DNA of 64,000 nt from IMG/VR virus record IMGVR_UViG_3300007352_000001, positions 1-64,000 of that record, one strand, 5' to 3'. The notes beneath the pieces are model-generated. The model was not told the DNA's origin and did no database searches. It worked only from the letters and a program-made list of their open reading frames with translations. Both the position numbers and the translations under genes were made by a program. Shown here in pieces: positions 1 through 9,126 of this stretch; position 1 is the stretch's first letter; each line of letters opens with the position of its first letter.

Positions 1-1
1 C

Positions 2-415
2 GCCTGGCGCAAGATGCACGAGCTGGCGCACGCGATCACCAAGCCGATCGTCAACGCGAAGTACGGCGAGGCGCAGCGCATCGGCAAGCTCGGCCACCAC
101 CGCTCGATCCACGAGGCAGAGCGTTCGGTGGAGTGGGAGTGGCACGCCGCGCACAAGCAGCGCGAACTGTCGGCGCAGATCGGGGTGCACGTCCCGGATC
201 ACGTCTTCCACAAGGAGCTGAATACGGTCATGCACGACGCAGTGCACCGCGCCGTGACCGGGAAGTTCACCAACCCGGAGCAGGAAGGCTACGTGCCGCA
301 CAGCCACAAGGTGCCGCTGGCGACGGCGCTCGGGTTGATTCGTCACCACGCGCAGCGCATGGGCTTGACCGACCGCCACCAGACGTTCAAGAACTCGGCG
401 CGTGTCACGGCCTGA
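2..415 (+). CDS. His-rich hypothetical protein, 5'-truncated by window edge; HExxH motif
   Basis: Frame is open from the window start (AWRKMHELAH); about 17 His in the last 133 aa; HELAH motif. Confidence 0.6.
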   Translation, partial: AWRKMHELAHAITKPIVNAKYGEAQRIGKLGHHRSIHEAERSVEWEWHAAHKQRELSAQIGVHVPDHVFHKELNTVMHDAVHRAVTGKFTNPEQEGYVPHSHKVPLATALGLIRHHAQRMGLTDRHQTFKNSARVTA

Positions 416-571
416 ACTCCTGATCGAGAACGGTAAGGCGTGGGTGACCAAGGACGCGTGGTCGCTCGCCTGGCAGAGCGCACGAGGCCACTACCACGGC
501 GTCCACGAGGCGTGGCTCACGCTCGGCTGGGCGTGGTGTGGCCTCTACCGCATCCCGGTCTACATCGTCGG

Positions 572-898
572 ATGAGCCCACGGCGGACGGACCACGTCAG
601 CCTCTCTGATCCGGACTGGGTCGAGTACGTCTGCCGGAACACTGTCGGCCTGATGTTCTGCGACGCCTGCGGGCAGCAGCTCATCAACTACGCTGCAACG
701 CTTGGGCACAAGGGGCGGATCCAGCTGATCGGCATGACGAGAGGTCATGCACTGCTTGCACACCACGCGGCGCATAACCGGAGCCCACCGGCAACGCTCA
801 GTGTCCACGTTGCCGGTGGGGCGGTCCTGTGGGAATCAGGGCAACCGTGGCGGCGGGTTGGCTTCGCTAGCCGCCCCGGCGTCCCTGGGGTGGACTGA
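572..898 (+). CDS. hypothetical protein with CxxC and C-terminal VLWESG...RVGFASR module
   Basis: ATG at 572 inside the 440..898 ORF; CDAC; C-terminal module also found in 6130..6834. Confidence 0.55.
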   Translation: MSPRRTDHVSLSDPDWVEYVCRNTVGLMFCDACGQQLINYAATLGHKGRIQLIGMTRGHALLAHHAAHNRSPPATLSVHVAGGAVLWESGQPWRRVGFASRPGVPGVD

Positions 899-899
899 C

Positions 900-2564
900 T
901 TAGCTCTCCTCGTCGAGCTGCGCGCCGTTGCTGCGGCGCCGGGTGCCACTGCGCGCGGCGATGAACGCCCCGCTGCGCTCGATCAGCTCGGTGATACCGT
1001 CTCTGTGGCGCTCATCGAGCCGGCCGTCGCTGAACGCTGCCTGTGCTCCGCGCTGCAGCGCCGCGATGAGGTACGGCCCCGCGAAGGCCATGAACTCCTC
1101 GAACGGGTTGAACTCGTCCTTGCGCATCCGATCTTCCATGATCTGGCGGTGCTGCAGCATGGAGTCGGCGGCGACCAGGAGGTCGGTCGCGTTGACGAGC
1201 AGCGGCTGGTCGTCCTGGACGTAGCGAATCGCCGAGAGCTTCGCGCGCGTGATGATCTCGGAGATCATGGCCGGGATGATGCCGGTCAACCGCTCGCCGA
1301 CCTCGGTGAGGTCCGCGTCATCGGCGATGAGGCCGGCGCCGTAGGTGCGCACGAGGCGAATGGCTGCCTCGGCGTCCGGCGGCTCGATCTCGATGATGTC
1401 GTCGAAGCGGCCGGGGCGCAGCGCCGCCTCGTGGATCAGGTCGATGTTGTTGGTGGTGAGCACGGTGACGACCTTCGTGCCCTTCGAGCCGACGCCGTCC
1501 ATGATCTCCAGCAGCTGGTTGCCGTCGTCGTCGCGCTCTTCCATGTCGCGGTCGATGTCCTCGAAGAACACCATCGCCGGCTGGTACTGCTGCGCGAACT
1601 GCAGCGCCTTGGCCAGGTTGTCGCGGGCGTAGATGAACGTCCACCCGTGCTCGACCGCGATGATCGCCGCCTTGTAGGCGGTCATGGTCTTGCCGGTGCC
1701 GTAGGTGCCGTGCAGCAGCACGCCGCGCTTCAGGCCGACGCCCTCGCGCTCGCAGCGCGCGGTGTTGCGCAGCACGGTGAAGAGCGAGGCGTCGATGCGG
1801 TCCTCGATCCGCGTCGGCAGGACGAGGTGGGCGGGGTTGATGCCCTTCAGGTCGAGGAACTGCGGCCGGCGCATGATGTCGCGCTTCCTCGGGTCCGGGT
1901 CCTCGACGAACGAGATCTGGATCGCCCGGCCGCGGTAGATGCTGTTGCGCTGCAGCTCGATCGCCACCAGGTCGGCGATCGCCTTCACGATCGCAGCGTC
2001 GACGCGCTTGAACGAGCCCGAGAGCACGAACACGGTGCGGTCGGGCTTGATGGCGAGGCTCGTCTGCAGGACGGCCGTCGTGTCGGGCAGCTTGAACTTG
2101 CCCCAGATGACGTCACGCGTCTCGGTCGGGCTGACCTCGACGCCGACCGACGCGTTCTGGTTCTCCCACCAGAAGGCCTTCTCGGTCGAGGTGTAGCCGA
2201 ACTCGCGCTGGAGCACGGCCGCGAGCGCGTGCGCCCCGTCGTACGGGTGCGCGTTGTACTCGCGGTTGATCTCCAGCTCCTCGTCGTCGAGGTGCAGCCG
2301 GCGCGTGAGGATCTCGATGCCGGTCGCGTACGACATCCCTTCGGGCAGCGTGACGATCTTCTTGTCGGTCTGCGTGAACTGCACGTCGGTGTGCCCCGCA
2401 TCCGCTTCCGCCTGGAGATCCTCCAAGAGGGCCTGCAAGACGGCGCCTTTGCGGCGCGACTTGAACACGGCCCCGACGTCGGGCATGCCCTCCACGCCCT
2501 CGGCGCCGTCCATGCTCTCCATGGCACGTACCATCATCGGCTTCTTCCGTGCTGCTGTTGCCAT
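900..2564 (-). CDS. AAA+ ATPase (classical AAA clade)
   Basis: Walker A HGTYGTGKT, Walker B MVFFEDID, SRH TTNNIDLIHEAALRPGRFD; ATG at 2564 with purine-rich RBS. Confidence 0.92.
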   Translation of the reverse strand: MATAARKKPMMVRAMESMDGAEGVEGMPDVGAVFKSRRKGAVLQALLEDLQAEADAGHTDVQFTQTDKKIVTLPEGMSYATGIEILTRRLHLDDEELEINREYNAHPYDGAHALAAVLQREFGYTSTEKAFWWENQNASVGVEVSPTETRDVIWGKFKLPDTTAVLQTSLAIKPDRTVFVLSGSFKRVDAAIVKAIADLVAIELQRNSIYRGRAIQISFVEDPDPRKRDIMRRPQFLDLKGINPAHLVLPTRIEDRIDASLFTVLRNTARCEREGVGLKRGVLLHGTYGTGKTMTAYKAAIIAVEHGWTFIYARDNLAKALQFAQQYQPAMVFFEDIDRDMEERDDDGNQLLEIMDGVGSKGTKVVTVLTTNNIDLIHEAALRPGRFDDIIEIEPPDAEAAIRLVRTYGAGLIADDADLTEVGERLTGIIPAMISEIITRAKLSAIRYVQDDQPLLVNATDLLVAADSMLQHRQIMEDRMRKDEFNPFEEFMAFAGPYLIAALQRGAQAAFSDGRLDERHRDGITELIERSGAFIAARSGTRRRSNGAQLDEES

Positions 2565-2619
2565 TCGTTTCCCACCTTTCACCACAGGATAAGGCTCCCA
2601 GCCCCATGCCGGGAGACGG

Positions 2620-2997
2620 TTACGCGGCTGCGTCCTGAGACCGCACGATCGCGATGGCGAAGCCCGCGTCGCGTAGTGCGGCAATGATGTCGTCCGCTGA
2701 GCGCTTGCGCGCGTAGTTCACCTGCAAGAGCGCCCGCGTCGCTGCGTCCTGGCTGAGGATGTCGCCGCCGGTCTCGACCTGCTCGGCGGGGGCCTCGGTC
2801 GCGAGCCACTTGCTGCCCGACTCCCCCACCACGAGCTTGCTGCTGCAGAGCAGCCGGTTGTACTGCCGCACCCGCTCGATGATCTTCGTTTCTGTCTGCT
2901 GCGCGTGCTTGGGACAGAACTGCGGCGGGATGTCCGAGTAGATCGCGTAGACCGCGTGCGCGGTGCAGCCGTTGTAGCAGCAGGTGTACGTGGTCAC
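2620..2997 (-). CDS. small Cys/His zinc-finger-like hypothetical protein
   Basis: GTG overlaps the stop of the upstream gene (GTGA); CCYNGC...FCPKH. Confidence 0.55.
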   Translation of the reverse strand: MTTYTCCYNGCTAHAVYAIYSDIPPQFCPKHAQQTETKIIERVRQYNRLLCSSKLVVGESGSKWLATEAPAEQVETGGDILSQDAATRALLQVNYARKRSADDIIAALRDAGFAIAIVRSQDAAA

Positions 2998-3695
2998 GCG
3001 GCCACCGGCGTCGGCATGAGGCGCTCGAACGCGAGATTCCAAAACGCGCGCCAGAAGCCCATGACGTCGGTGAACCCGCGCACGGCCTCCACGCGCGTGT
3101 GCCGGTCGCGGATGTAGGGCAGGCACTTGCCGTGCGCCCAGATGATGTGCGACGGCTCGACCTGCACGTGGATGCGCAGGTACGGGTCGGTGTCGAGCAG
3201 CTCAGGGAAGCCGGCTTTCTTCACGACCTCCATGAGGATGAGCGTGATATCGAGCGCCGGGTGCTCGAAGCCGCTGACGAAACCGGTCGCTCGCGCCTCG
3301 GACATGCCCGGCAGCAACGACATGAAGTGCTCGATGATGGACTCGGCGCGCTCGTTCAGCACCAACGTCCCGCCCATCTTCTCGATCAGGTGCACGAGCA
3401 GATCGTAGTGGGGCTCGTGTCCCTCACCGGTCAGGCCGTCCTCTTCGAGGTAGTTCGCCATGAGCTGCTTGCGTGAGGGCTGGTCCGGGTACGCCGCAGC
3501 ACAGCTCAGCAAGATCTGCGGCGTCCGTCTGGAGAAGCTGTACCAGATGCAGAGGAACTCCAGCGCGCGATCGCGCGAGAGGGTCTGGACACCGTTCAGG
3601 CGAGCGAGGTATGGGTTCTGCTCCCCGTGCTGGTAGTCCGTGTACTGCGCGAAGGTGTCGAGGAACTGCGCTGCCTGTGCTTCGAGGTCCCGCAT
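2994..3695 (-). CDS. heme-oxygenase-like (PqqC/TenA/CADD-type) diiron enzyme
   Basis: All-helical, about 233 aa; ligand-like motifs NYLEEDG..EPHY, GFEH, YLRIHVQVEPSH. Confidence 0.7.
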   Translation of the reverse strand: MRDLEAQAAQFLDTFAQYTDYQHGEQNPYLARLNGVQTLSRDRALEFLCIWYSFSRRTPQILLSCAAAYPDQPSRKQLMANYLEEDGLTGEGHEPHYDLLVHLIEKMGGTLVLNERAESIIEHFMSLLPGMSEARATGFVSGFEHPALDITLILMEVVKKAGFPELLDTDPYLRIHVQVEPSHIIWAHGKCLPYIRDRHTRVEAVRGFTDVMGFWRAFWNLAFERLMPTPVAA

Positions 3696-3802
3696 GGTTG
3701 GTTCCCTTTCCCACAGAGTAGAGGTGATTGACCGGTGACGCGCGCGACAGGGCCAGCTAGCAGAGTTCTGCATCGGTTGTCCATCTTTTTCGGACTTGCG
3801 TT

Positions 3803-4042
3803 GTGACTTCTCCGACCTACACCCTGCAGGACCCCAACACGCAGACCGGGGAACTGGAGGCCTGCGTCGCCTTCCTGCAGTGGCAAGGGCTCCCCTGTCA
3901 GACCTTCTGCACCACCCAGGCGCTCAAGCACAGCAAGGGAGTGCGCCGACCGGTGTTACTTGACCGCAAGGGGAAACCCGTAGCGGTCGGCTTCTTCGAG
4001 ATCGTCAAGTGGATCACCGGCCAGGGCCTCGTACATTGCTAG
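3803..4042 (+). CDS. small glutaredoxin-like hypothetical protein
   Basis: 79 aa; RRPVLL..GKPVAVGFFEI resembles a glutaredoxin C-terminus, but no CxxC at the usual position. Confidence 0.4.
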   Translation: MTSPTYTLQDPNTQTGELEACVAFLQWQGLPCQTFCTTQALKHSKGVRRPVLLDRKGKPVAVGFFEIVKWITGQGLVHC

Positions 4043-4225
4043 ACCCCGGCAGTGAGTTTCGCTGGTGGCTGGCCTTCGGGTGTTGGGCCGTCTTCGCAGC
4101 CATCGTCTTGTGGAGACAGTGGCGGTAACGTGCGCGCCGCGCGGGCGCGCGACGACTCGGACCAACGGGCCGGCGACCTCCCGCCGAGTTGGTAGCAACG
4201 GCCGGACGGTCCGGCTGCCGCCCCT

Positions 4226-4246
4226 TTCTCCACAAGGTTGTCCACA
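4226..4246 (+). promoter_or_regulatory. two tandem DnaA-box-like 9-mers (TTCTCCACA, TTGTCCACA)
   Basis: Match to the high-GC DnaA box TT(G/C)TCCACA; 3-nt spacer; intergenic. Confidence 0.45.
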
Positions 4247-4295
4247 GGTTGATGCCGCCCACGTCCTGCGCGATAACCAGGGGCTGGAGGTGGTG

Positions 4296-4775
4296 ATGGA
4301 CGATGAGGGTCGGGTCTCCGCAGTCGAGTACCGCAAGCTCCCCACGCACGATTTTCTGATCTACTCGCGCGCGGCGCTGGAAGCATCGCACCCGCCCACG
4401 GTGCCGCACGTGGTCATCTCGATCACGGGCTACGACGAGAAGGTCGGGCACAAGGCGAACGTGCCGACCAACGAGCACACGTTGGGTATCCACCGGGAAG
4501 TCTTCGCTGACGTCTCACGCACCATGGGCGAGTGGGTGCGGATGACGCCGGAACAAGCCGAGCGGATCGTCGACTTCGTGCGCTCGCATCAGGAGCAGGT
4601 GCAGCTCGTGATCGTGCATTGCCAGGCGGGCATCTCCCGGTCCTCGGCGATTGCACTCGGGCTCCAGCTCCTGCTCGACAATCACATTCACACGGACTTC
4701 CGCGATCGCTACGTGCCGAACCTGCACGTGCTGCGGCTGATTCTGAATGCCGGACTCCGGCATCTCGACCGATGA
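4296..4775 (+). CDS. protein-tyrosine/dual-specificity phosphatase-like protein
   Basis: HCQAGISRS CX5R motif, VVISIT and C-terminal PN motif; GGAGG before ATG 4296. Confidence 0.88.
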   Translation: MDDEGRVSAVEYRKLPTHDFLIYSRAALEASHPPTVPHVVISITGYDEKVGHKANVPTNEHTLGIHREVFADVSRTMGEWVRMTPEQAERIVDFVRSHQEQVQLVIVHCQAGISRSSAIALGLQLLLDNHIHTDFRDRYVPNLHVLRLILNAGLRHLDR

Positions 4776-4785
4776 GGAGGTGAGG

Positions 4786-5139
4786 ATGATGAGTGCTTCG
4801 ATCTACACAGTACCAGGAGCCACGCCCGTTGCGGGCTCGGCCATGGGGAAGGCACCGGACGACTACCTGGCGCCGCTGCTGGGTCAACTCGATTCGGTGT
4901 TGTCGATGAGCGGGTACCTGCACGCGGAAGTGAGCTTGCTGGAACGCAGCATCGGCGTACTGGCCCCCGACGTGGTCAGCACCGGGGCGAAGGACGCGGC
5001 AGCCGCGCCGTCGGCCAGTGACTTCGCCGCCATGGTGGCGCAGAACCTGAGCCTGCTGTTGCTGCGCTTGCAGGCGGTGAACACGCGCATCTCTGGAGAC
5101 AGCGCGCCCCGTGTGGTTGGGCAGGGGCCGCAAGGCTGA
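4786..5139 (+). CDS. hypothetical protein
   Basis: GAGGAGG RBS; follows the phosphatase gene. Confidence 0.55.
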   Translation: MMSASIYTVPGATPVAGSAMGKAPDDYLAPLLGQLDSVLSMSGYLHAEVSLLERSIGVLAPDVVSTGAKDAAAAPSASDFAAMVAQNLSLLLLRLQAVNTRISGDSAPRVVGQGPQG

Positions 5140-5311
5140 GCCCAGCGCTGCACGCTGTTCTAGCCACGGATCCGCAGGCGCTGTGTCGCGGGTGCTGGCT
5201 GAAGATCAACATCCCCGCGGAGGAGTGGGACGCCATCCTCCGCGGGGACGTCGACGACACGATTGACCCCGAGGCGTTTCTGCACTGGCTCCGCACTGGT
5301 GAGGGTGATCC

Positions 5312-5839
5312 ATGCACATCAACGCCATCTTCCAGGCGCTCGTAGAAGCGCAGGCGAAGCCGCCATGCTGTGCCAAGATCTCGGATCCGCACGCATTGGA
5401 CGCACACATGATTCGTTTCCACCTCGGGAAGTCTCGCCACCAGACCTTCGAGCCTGATGCGGACTGGCGCACGGACAAGATGGGCAAGACCGCACCGGGA
5501 GCGCGCCAAGCACTCGACCGGTCCGAGCTAGGCGCCCCGTGGAAGCGCGCCCACGTGCCGATCGCGCAGTTCATGGATCGGCCTGCGCACGCACCGTCGT
5601 GTTGCACGCGCCCGAGCGATCACAGCTTTCGCATCAACGGTATCGACCACTGGGTGCGTCGCCGGCACAAGGGCGACGTCCAGCAAGCGTTGCGTCAGAA
5701 CCCTGTCGTGCTGGCCCAGAAGCCGGATGGGCAGCTCGACCTCGTCGACGGGTACCATCGCACGTTGCACGCCCAGGCCAAGGGGCACACGCACGTGCCA
5801 GCCGTCATCGTCCGCTCCACTGTCAACCGGTCATGGTGA
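5312..5839 (+). CDS. ParB/sulfiredoxin-like domain protein, His-rich
   Basis: NPVVL...LVDGYHR....AKG.THVPAVIV; N-terminal FQALVEA. Confidence 0.75.
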   Translation: MHINAIFQALVEAQAKPPCCAKISDPHALDAHMIRFHLGKSRHQTFEPDADWRTDKMGKTAPGARQALDRSELGAPWKRAHVPIAQFMDRPAHAPSCCTRPSDHSFRINGIDHWVRRRHKGDVQQALRQNPVVLAQKPDGQLDLVDGYHRTLHAQAKGHTHVPAVIVRSTVNRSW

Positions 5840-5842
5840 CGA

Positions 5843-6133
5843 ATGCCTGCCTCGGTGAGCTACATGGCCCTGGAGCGGGATAACCCGCGCCAATGGGATC
5901 CCGCGCAGTTGCTGCGCAAGCTGCTCGAAGACATCGAAGACGGGGAGTTCCACCCCGACAAGATGGTGATCGTCTGGAACGAGCAGCCGAAGGACGGCCC
6001 GTCCGGGATCCGGCCGCGCGTTGCGTACGCCGGCACCGAAGGGTATGAGGCTCTCGGCGTGATGCGGCTCGCCATGTGCGACATGGAGCACGGGCTGCTC
6101 GCGCAACAGCAAGCCAGTGAGGATGACGAGTGA
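5843..6133 (+). CDS. hypothetical protein
   Basis: Tightly packed ORF, overlaps the next gene. Confidence 0.6.
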   Translation: MPASVSYMALERDNPRQWDPAQLLRKLLEDIEDGEFHPDKMVIVWNEQPKDGPSGIRPRVAYAGTEGYEALGVMRLAMCDMEHGLLAQQQASEDDE

Positions 6134-6834
6134 GGGTGTCGTTCACGACATCATGGCCGATCACCACGAAGTCGGCGGCGGCGAACTACATGGCGCAAGC
6201 GCTGCGGGCCGAAGAGGACCTGAGCCTGTTCCAGCGTGGACTGCAGTTCTGGCTCACGCTCGGTAGTCCGTACAAGTCCACGCGCATGCCGACCATCACG
6301 CCGATCCAACGCGGCAGCACCGTCACGCCCGACGCGATCGAACAGTTCATCCGGCACGTCGAGTGCACCAAGGGTCAAGAGCGCCTCGCCGATGATGAGC
6401 CGTACGGCAACGCCACCAAGCCCAGTACGCCGCGCGCGTCGGCGGGGACGGTGGACCTGCGCGAGTGTGCCGGACCCAACCCGACGATCGCGATCCGCAT
6501 CGAGCACGGCCCCGTCTTGTGGGAGACCGGCTGGTACGAAGGCCGCGTCGGCTACACGAGCCGCAAAGAGCACCGGTGGGACAAAGGACTCACTGGGGAA
6601 GACGTCAGAGTCTCGCGCCGCCGGCAAGGGGTGGTCTACAACTTCGCGTGCCCCTCGTGCAGCGCTCCGGCCGATCCTTGCCAGACGCTTCGCAACGGTG
6701 GGCACCAGGGCGCGTGCATGAACCGGCACCTCTACCAGGTCTGTCGTCTGCACTTGCGGGCCGAGGCCGGCCACTCGATCACCGAGTTCGATGCGGACAC
6801 GTGCTCGTGCTGGATGCCGCGGCGCTACGCGTGA
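6130..6834 (+). CDS. hypothetical protein with C-terminal Cys/His cluster and VLWETG...GRVGYTSR module
   Basis: GTGA overlap; CPSC..C..C..C..H..C.C. Confidence 0.55.
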   Translation: MRVSFTTSWPITTKSAAANYMAQALRAEEDLSLFQRGLQFWLTLGSPYKSTRMPTITPIQRGSTVTPDAIEQFIRHVECTKGQERLADDEPYGNATKPSTPRASAGTVDLRECAGPNPTIAIRIEHGPVLWETGWYEGRVGYTSRKEHRWDKGLTGEDVRVSRRRQGVVYNFACPSCSAPADPCQTLRNGGHQGACMNRHLYQVCRLHLRAEAGHSITEFDADTCSCWMPRRYA

Positions 6835-7004
6835 TGACGCACCCCACCACCGTCTGCGACCAGGCGTCGCACGTGAACTGCGGTTGCCTGCTCTCTACTC
6901 CAACACGGGGTGAAGAGCCGAGCTTCATGGCCGAGATCCGAGCGGTAGACGCGTACTTCGATCGGCCGCGCTGGTGGCATCGCTTCTGGCCATGCCGTCG
7001 CTGA
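6834..7004 (+). CDS. small hypothetical protein
   Basis: TGATG coupling with the upstream gene. Confidence 0.35.
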   Translation: MTHPTTVCDQASHVNCGCLLSTPTRGEEPSFMAEIRAVDAYFDRPRWWHRFWPCRR

Positions 7005-7558
7005 ACCTCGGCGCGGCGAACACGCGCATCGCCGGCTTCCTCAACGTCGACGCCGACCCGCGCTGGCGCCCAGACGTCTGTGCGCTTCTGACCGAGGTCG
7101 AGTTCCACTCCTGCTCGATCGACCGGGTCTACTGCTCGCACACACTCGAACACCTGCCCTACCCCGAGGCGATCGCAGTGCTGCACAAGATCGGCCGGTG
7201 GATGAAGCCGGGCGGTACGCTCTGGCTCGCTGTGCCAGACTTCGAGCGGTTGTGCCTGATCGTGGCGATCGGTGAGGGTGACAGCGACTACATCCGCAAC
7301 CACTTCTACGGCAACACGCTGGAGCCGTGGAACCCGCACCGCAGTGGATGGACGCGACCCTACCTGACGCAGTGTCTTTCTGACGCCGGCTTCGAGGTCA
7401 TTCGAGACTTCGAGCCGTGGGTTCGCAACGTCGACGACTCGGGGGCAGACGCGTCCGGTGCCTGGTTCGAGTTGAGTAGCGGAGAGCGCGGCCCGCTCTC
7501 GCTCAATCTGGAGTGCCGGCGGCGGGAGGGCGAGGATGCGGGTGGACGCGAACCATGA
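6992..7558 (+). CDS. class I SAM-dependent methyltransferase (paralog of 15167..15748)
   Basis: LNLGA motif I, YCSHTLEH, MKPGGTLWLAVPD. Confidence 0.88.
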   Translation: MPSLNLGAANTRIAGFLNVDADPRWRPDVCALLTEVEFHSCSIDRVYCSHTLEHLPYPEAIAVLHKIGRWMKPGGTLWLAVPDFERLCLIVAIGEGDSDYIRNHFYGNTLEPWNPHRSGWTRPYLTQCLSDAGFEVIRDFEPWVRNVDDSGADASGAWFELSSGERGPLSLNLECRRREGEDAGGREP

Positions 7559-7799
7559 GCTGGCCAAGCACGTCGACATCTACTGCAACGGCCAGCTGCT
7601 CGATCATGTCGCCTGGGCCGACGACGTCGAGGGCGTCGTGAGCCAGTTCAAGTTGACCGCCGCGGGCCTGATCGACACCGCCTATGGCGAGCCCATCAAG
7701 CAGCGCACGGAAGGCACCGTTGAGATCTACCTGCGGCCGAACGCTCCGGATGCCGCGCGCAAGCTCTACTTCCGAGTCGCTGGGCTCTTGAAGGAGTGA
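7536..7799 (+). CDS. hypothetical protein
   Basis: GAGG RBS; beta-rich 87 aa. Confidence 0.6.
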   Translation: MRVDANHELAKHVDIYCNGQLLDHVAWADDVEGVVSQFKLTAAGLIDTAYGEPIKQRTEGTVEIYLRPNAPDAARKLYFRVAGLLKE

Positions 7800-7803
7800 C
7801 GTG

Positions 7804-8613
7804 ATGATACCGCGCGGACGCGCCGGCTACGAGTCGACCCCACGCCCCACGCCAGAAGGCAAAGCGGTGCGGCGCTTCGGCGCTCGGATGGCGAAGACCG
7901 ACCGGTGGGCAAACAAGCCCAGCAACAAGGTCGCCTATCAGTACGGCGACGGGATGGCGAAGCACTTCGAGCGGCCGGCACCCTACTTCCAGCATCAGCC
8001 GACCGGCCTCTACGTCCAGCAGCATTCCACGGTGATGGGCACCGACACGCGCCTGACCGGTGACGTGCAGTACTCGGTGCCGGGCATGGGACGCCTCGCG
8101 GTGATCAAACACGACGAGCTGCGTCCCGCCCCGCATGGCATGGACGTGCTGGCGGCGGCTCGGCACAACCGCACGATGACGCGTGGCGCGAAGTGGCCGG
8201 GGCCGGTTGGCCGGCTGGACTATCTCACGCGCAAGCACGAAGGGATCAACGTGCGCTGGGACGACATCCTCGCCGAGGCGTTGAAGAAGTCCTCACCGCT
8301 GCTCGGCAAGACCACCAACATGTTCGGGCCGACCTCGCAGAGCCCCGATGTCCACCAGCGCCTGCGCGCGGTCCTCAGCAACCCGACGCACGACACCTGG
8401 GACAACGCCCACGGCATCGTCGTCTCGCAACATGGAGGCCTCGGCGGCACGACCCTCTGGCAAGCGGTGCTGGCGGTCGACCCGAGCTTCCCGAACGTCG
8501 GTCCCCGGTCCGATGCGTCTGGTCGACGGTTGAAGGGGTGGGATCGAATCCCGGATCAAATGACGTTGGCGCGAGCGATCAAGCACGCCACGTCGCTCAA
8601 GCCGCGGCGCTAG
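7804..8613 (+). CDS. two-domain hypothetical protein
   Basis: AAGGAG RBS; N-terminal IPRGRAGYES; internal WDDILAEA linker. Confidence 0.65.
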   Translation: MIPRGRAGYESTPRPTPEGKAVRRFGARMAKTDRWANKPSNKVAYQYGDGMAKHFERPAPYFQHQPTGLYVQQHSTVMGTDTRLTGDVQYSVPGMGRLAVIKHDELRPAPHGMDVLAAARHNRTMTRGAKWPGPVGRLDYLTRKHEGINVRWDDILAEALKKSSPLLGKTTNMFGPTSQSPDVHQRLRAVLSNPTHDTWDNAHGIVVSQHGGLGGTTLWQAVLAVDPSFPNVGPRSDASGRRLKGWDRIPDQMTLARAIKHATSLKPRR

Positions 8614-8757
8614 TCGCGGCGGGTCTCACTGCGGTCTCTGCGGCGAAAACGTCACCGCACGATCACCGGCAGTTCACGGGTGCGGTGCTACCGACGGGAG
8701 AGGTACGCGCATGCAGCCGGGAGAAAGGGGGTTGGTCGCGAGTCTGCGGAGTGAGCG

Positions 8758-9126
8758 ATGAGATTCACGCTCCCGCCGCCGAAGCTCCTCGCCGAGATCA
8801 ACGGGCATCTCGAAGACTTCTTCACGGAGCACGACGAGGCCGATCTCACCAGCGCGCTCGATCTGCTCTGTGCGTTCTACGACGTCGCCCACCCCCGCGT
8901 ACTGTGGCGCCGCACGATCGACCGTGGGGTCACCCTCGGGATCACCTACCACCACAACACGCTCCACCTGATTCGCCCCGCGGTGTGGGTCACGCGCAAG
9001 CGCGACAACACCGAAGAGGAGTGGATCGAGACGTTCTGGCACGAGTGGTACCACGTCGTGCACTACGTCGATGACGAGACCAAGGCGGACCAGTTCGCGC
9101 GCCTCTGCATGGAGGTCGCCGCCTGA
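8758..9126 (+). CDS. minimal zincin-like HExxH metalloprotein
   Basis: ETFWHEWYH followed by E..ADQFA. Confidence 0.65.
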   Translation: MRFTLPPPKLLAEINGHLEDFFTEHDEADLTSALDLLCAFYDVAHPRVLWRRTIDRGVTLGITYHHNTLHLIRPAVWVTRKRDNTEEEWIETFWHEWYHVVHYVDDETKADQFARLCMEVAA

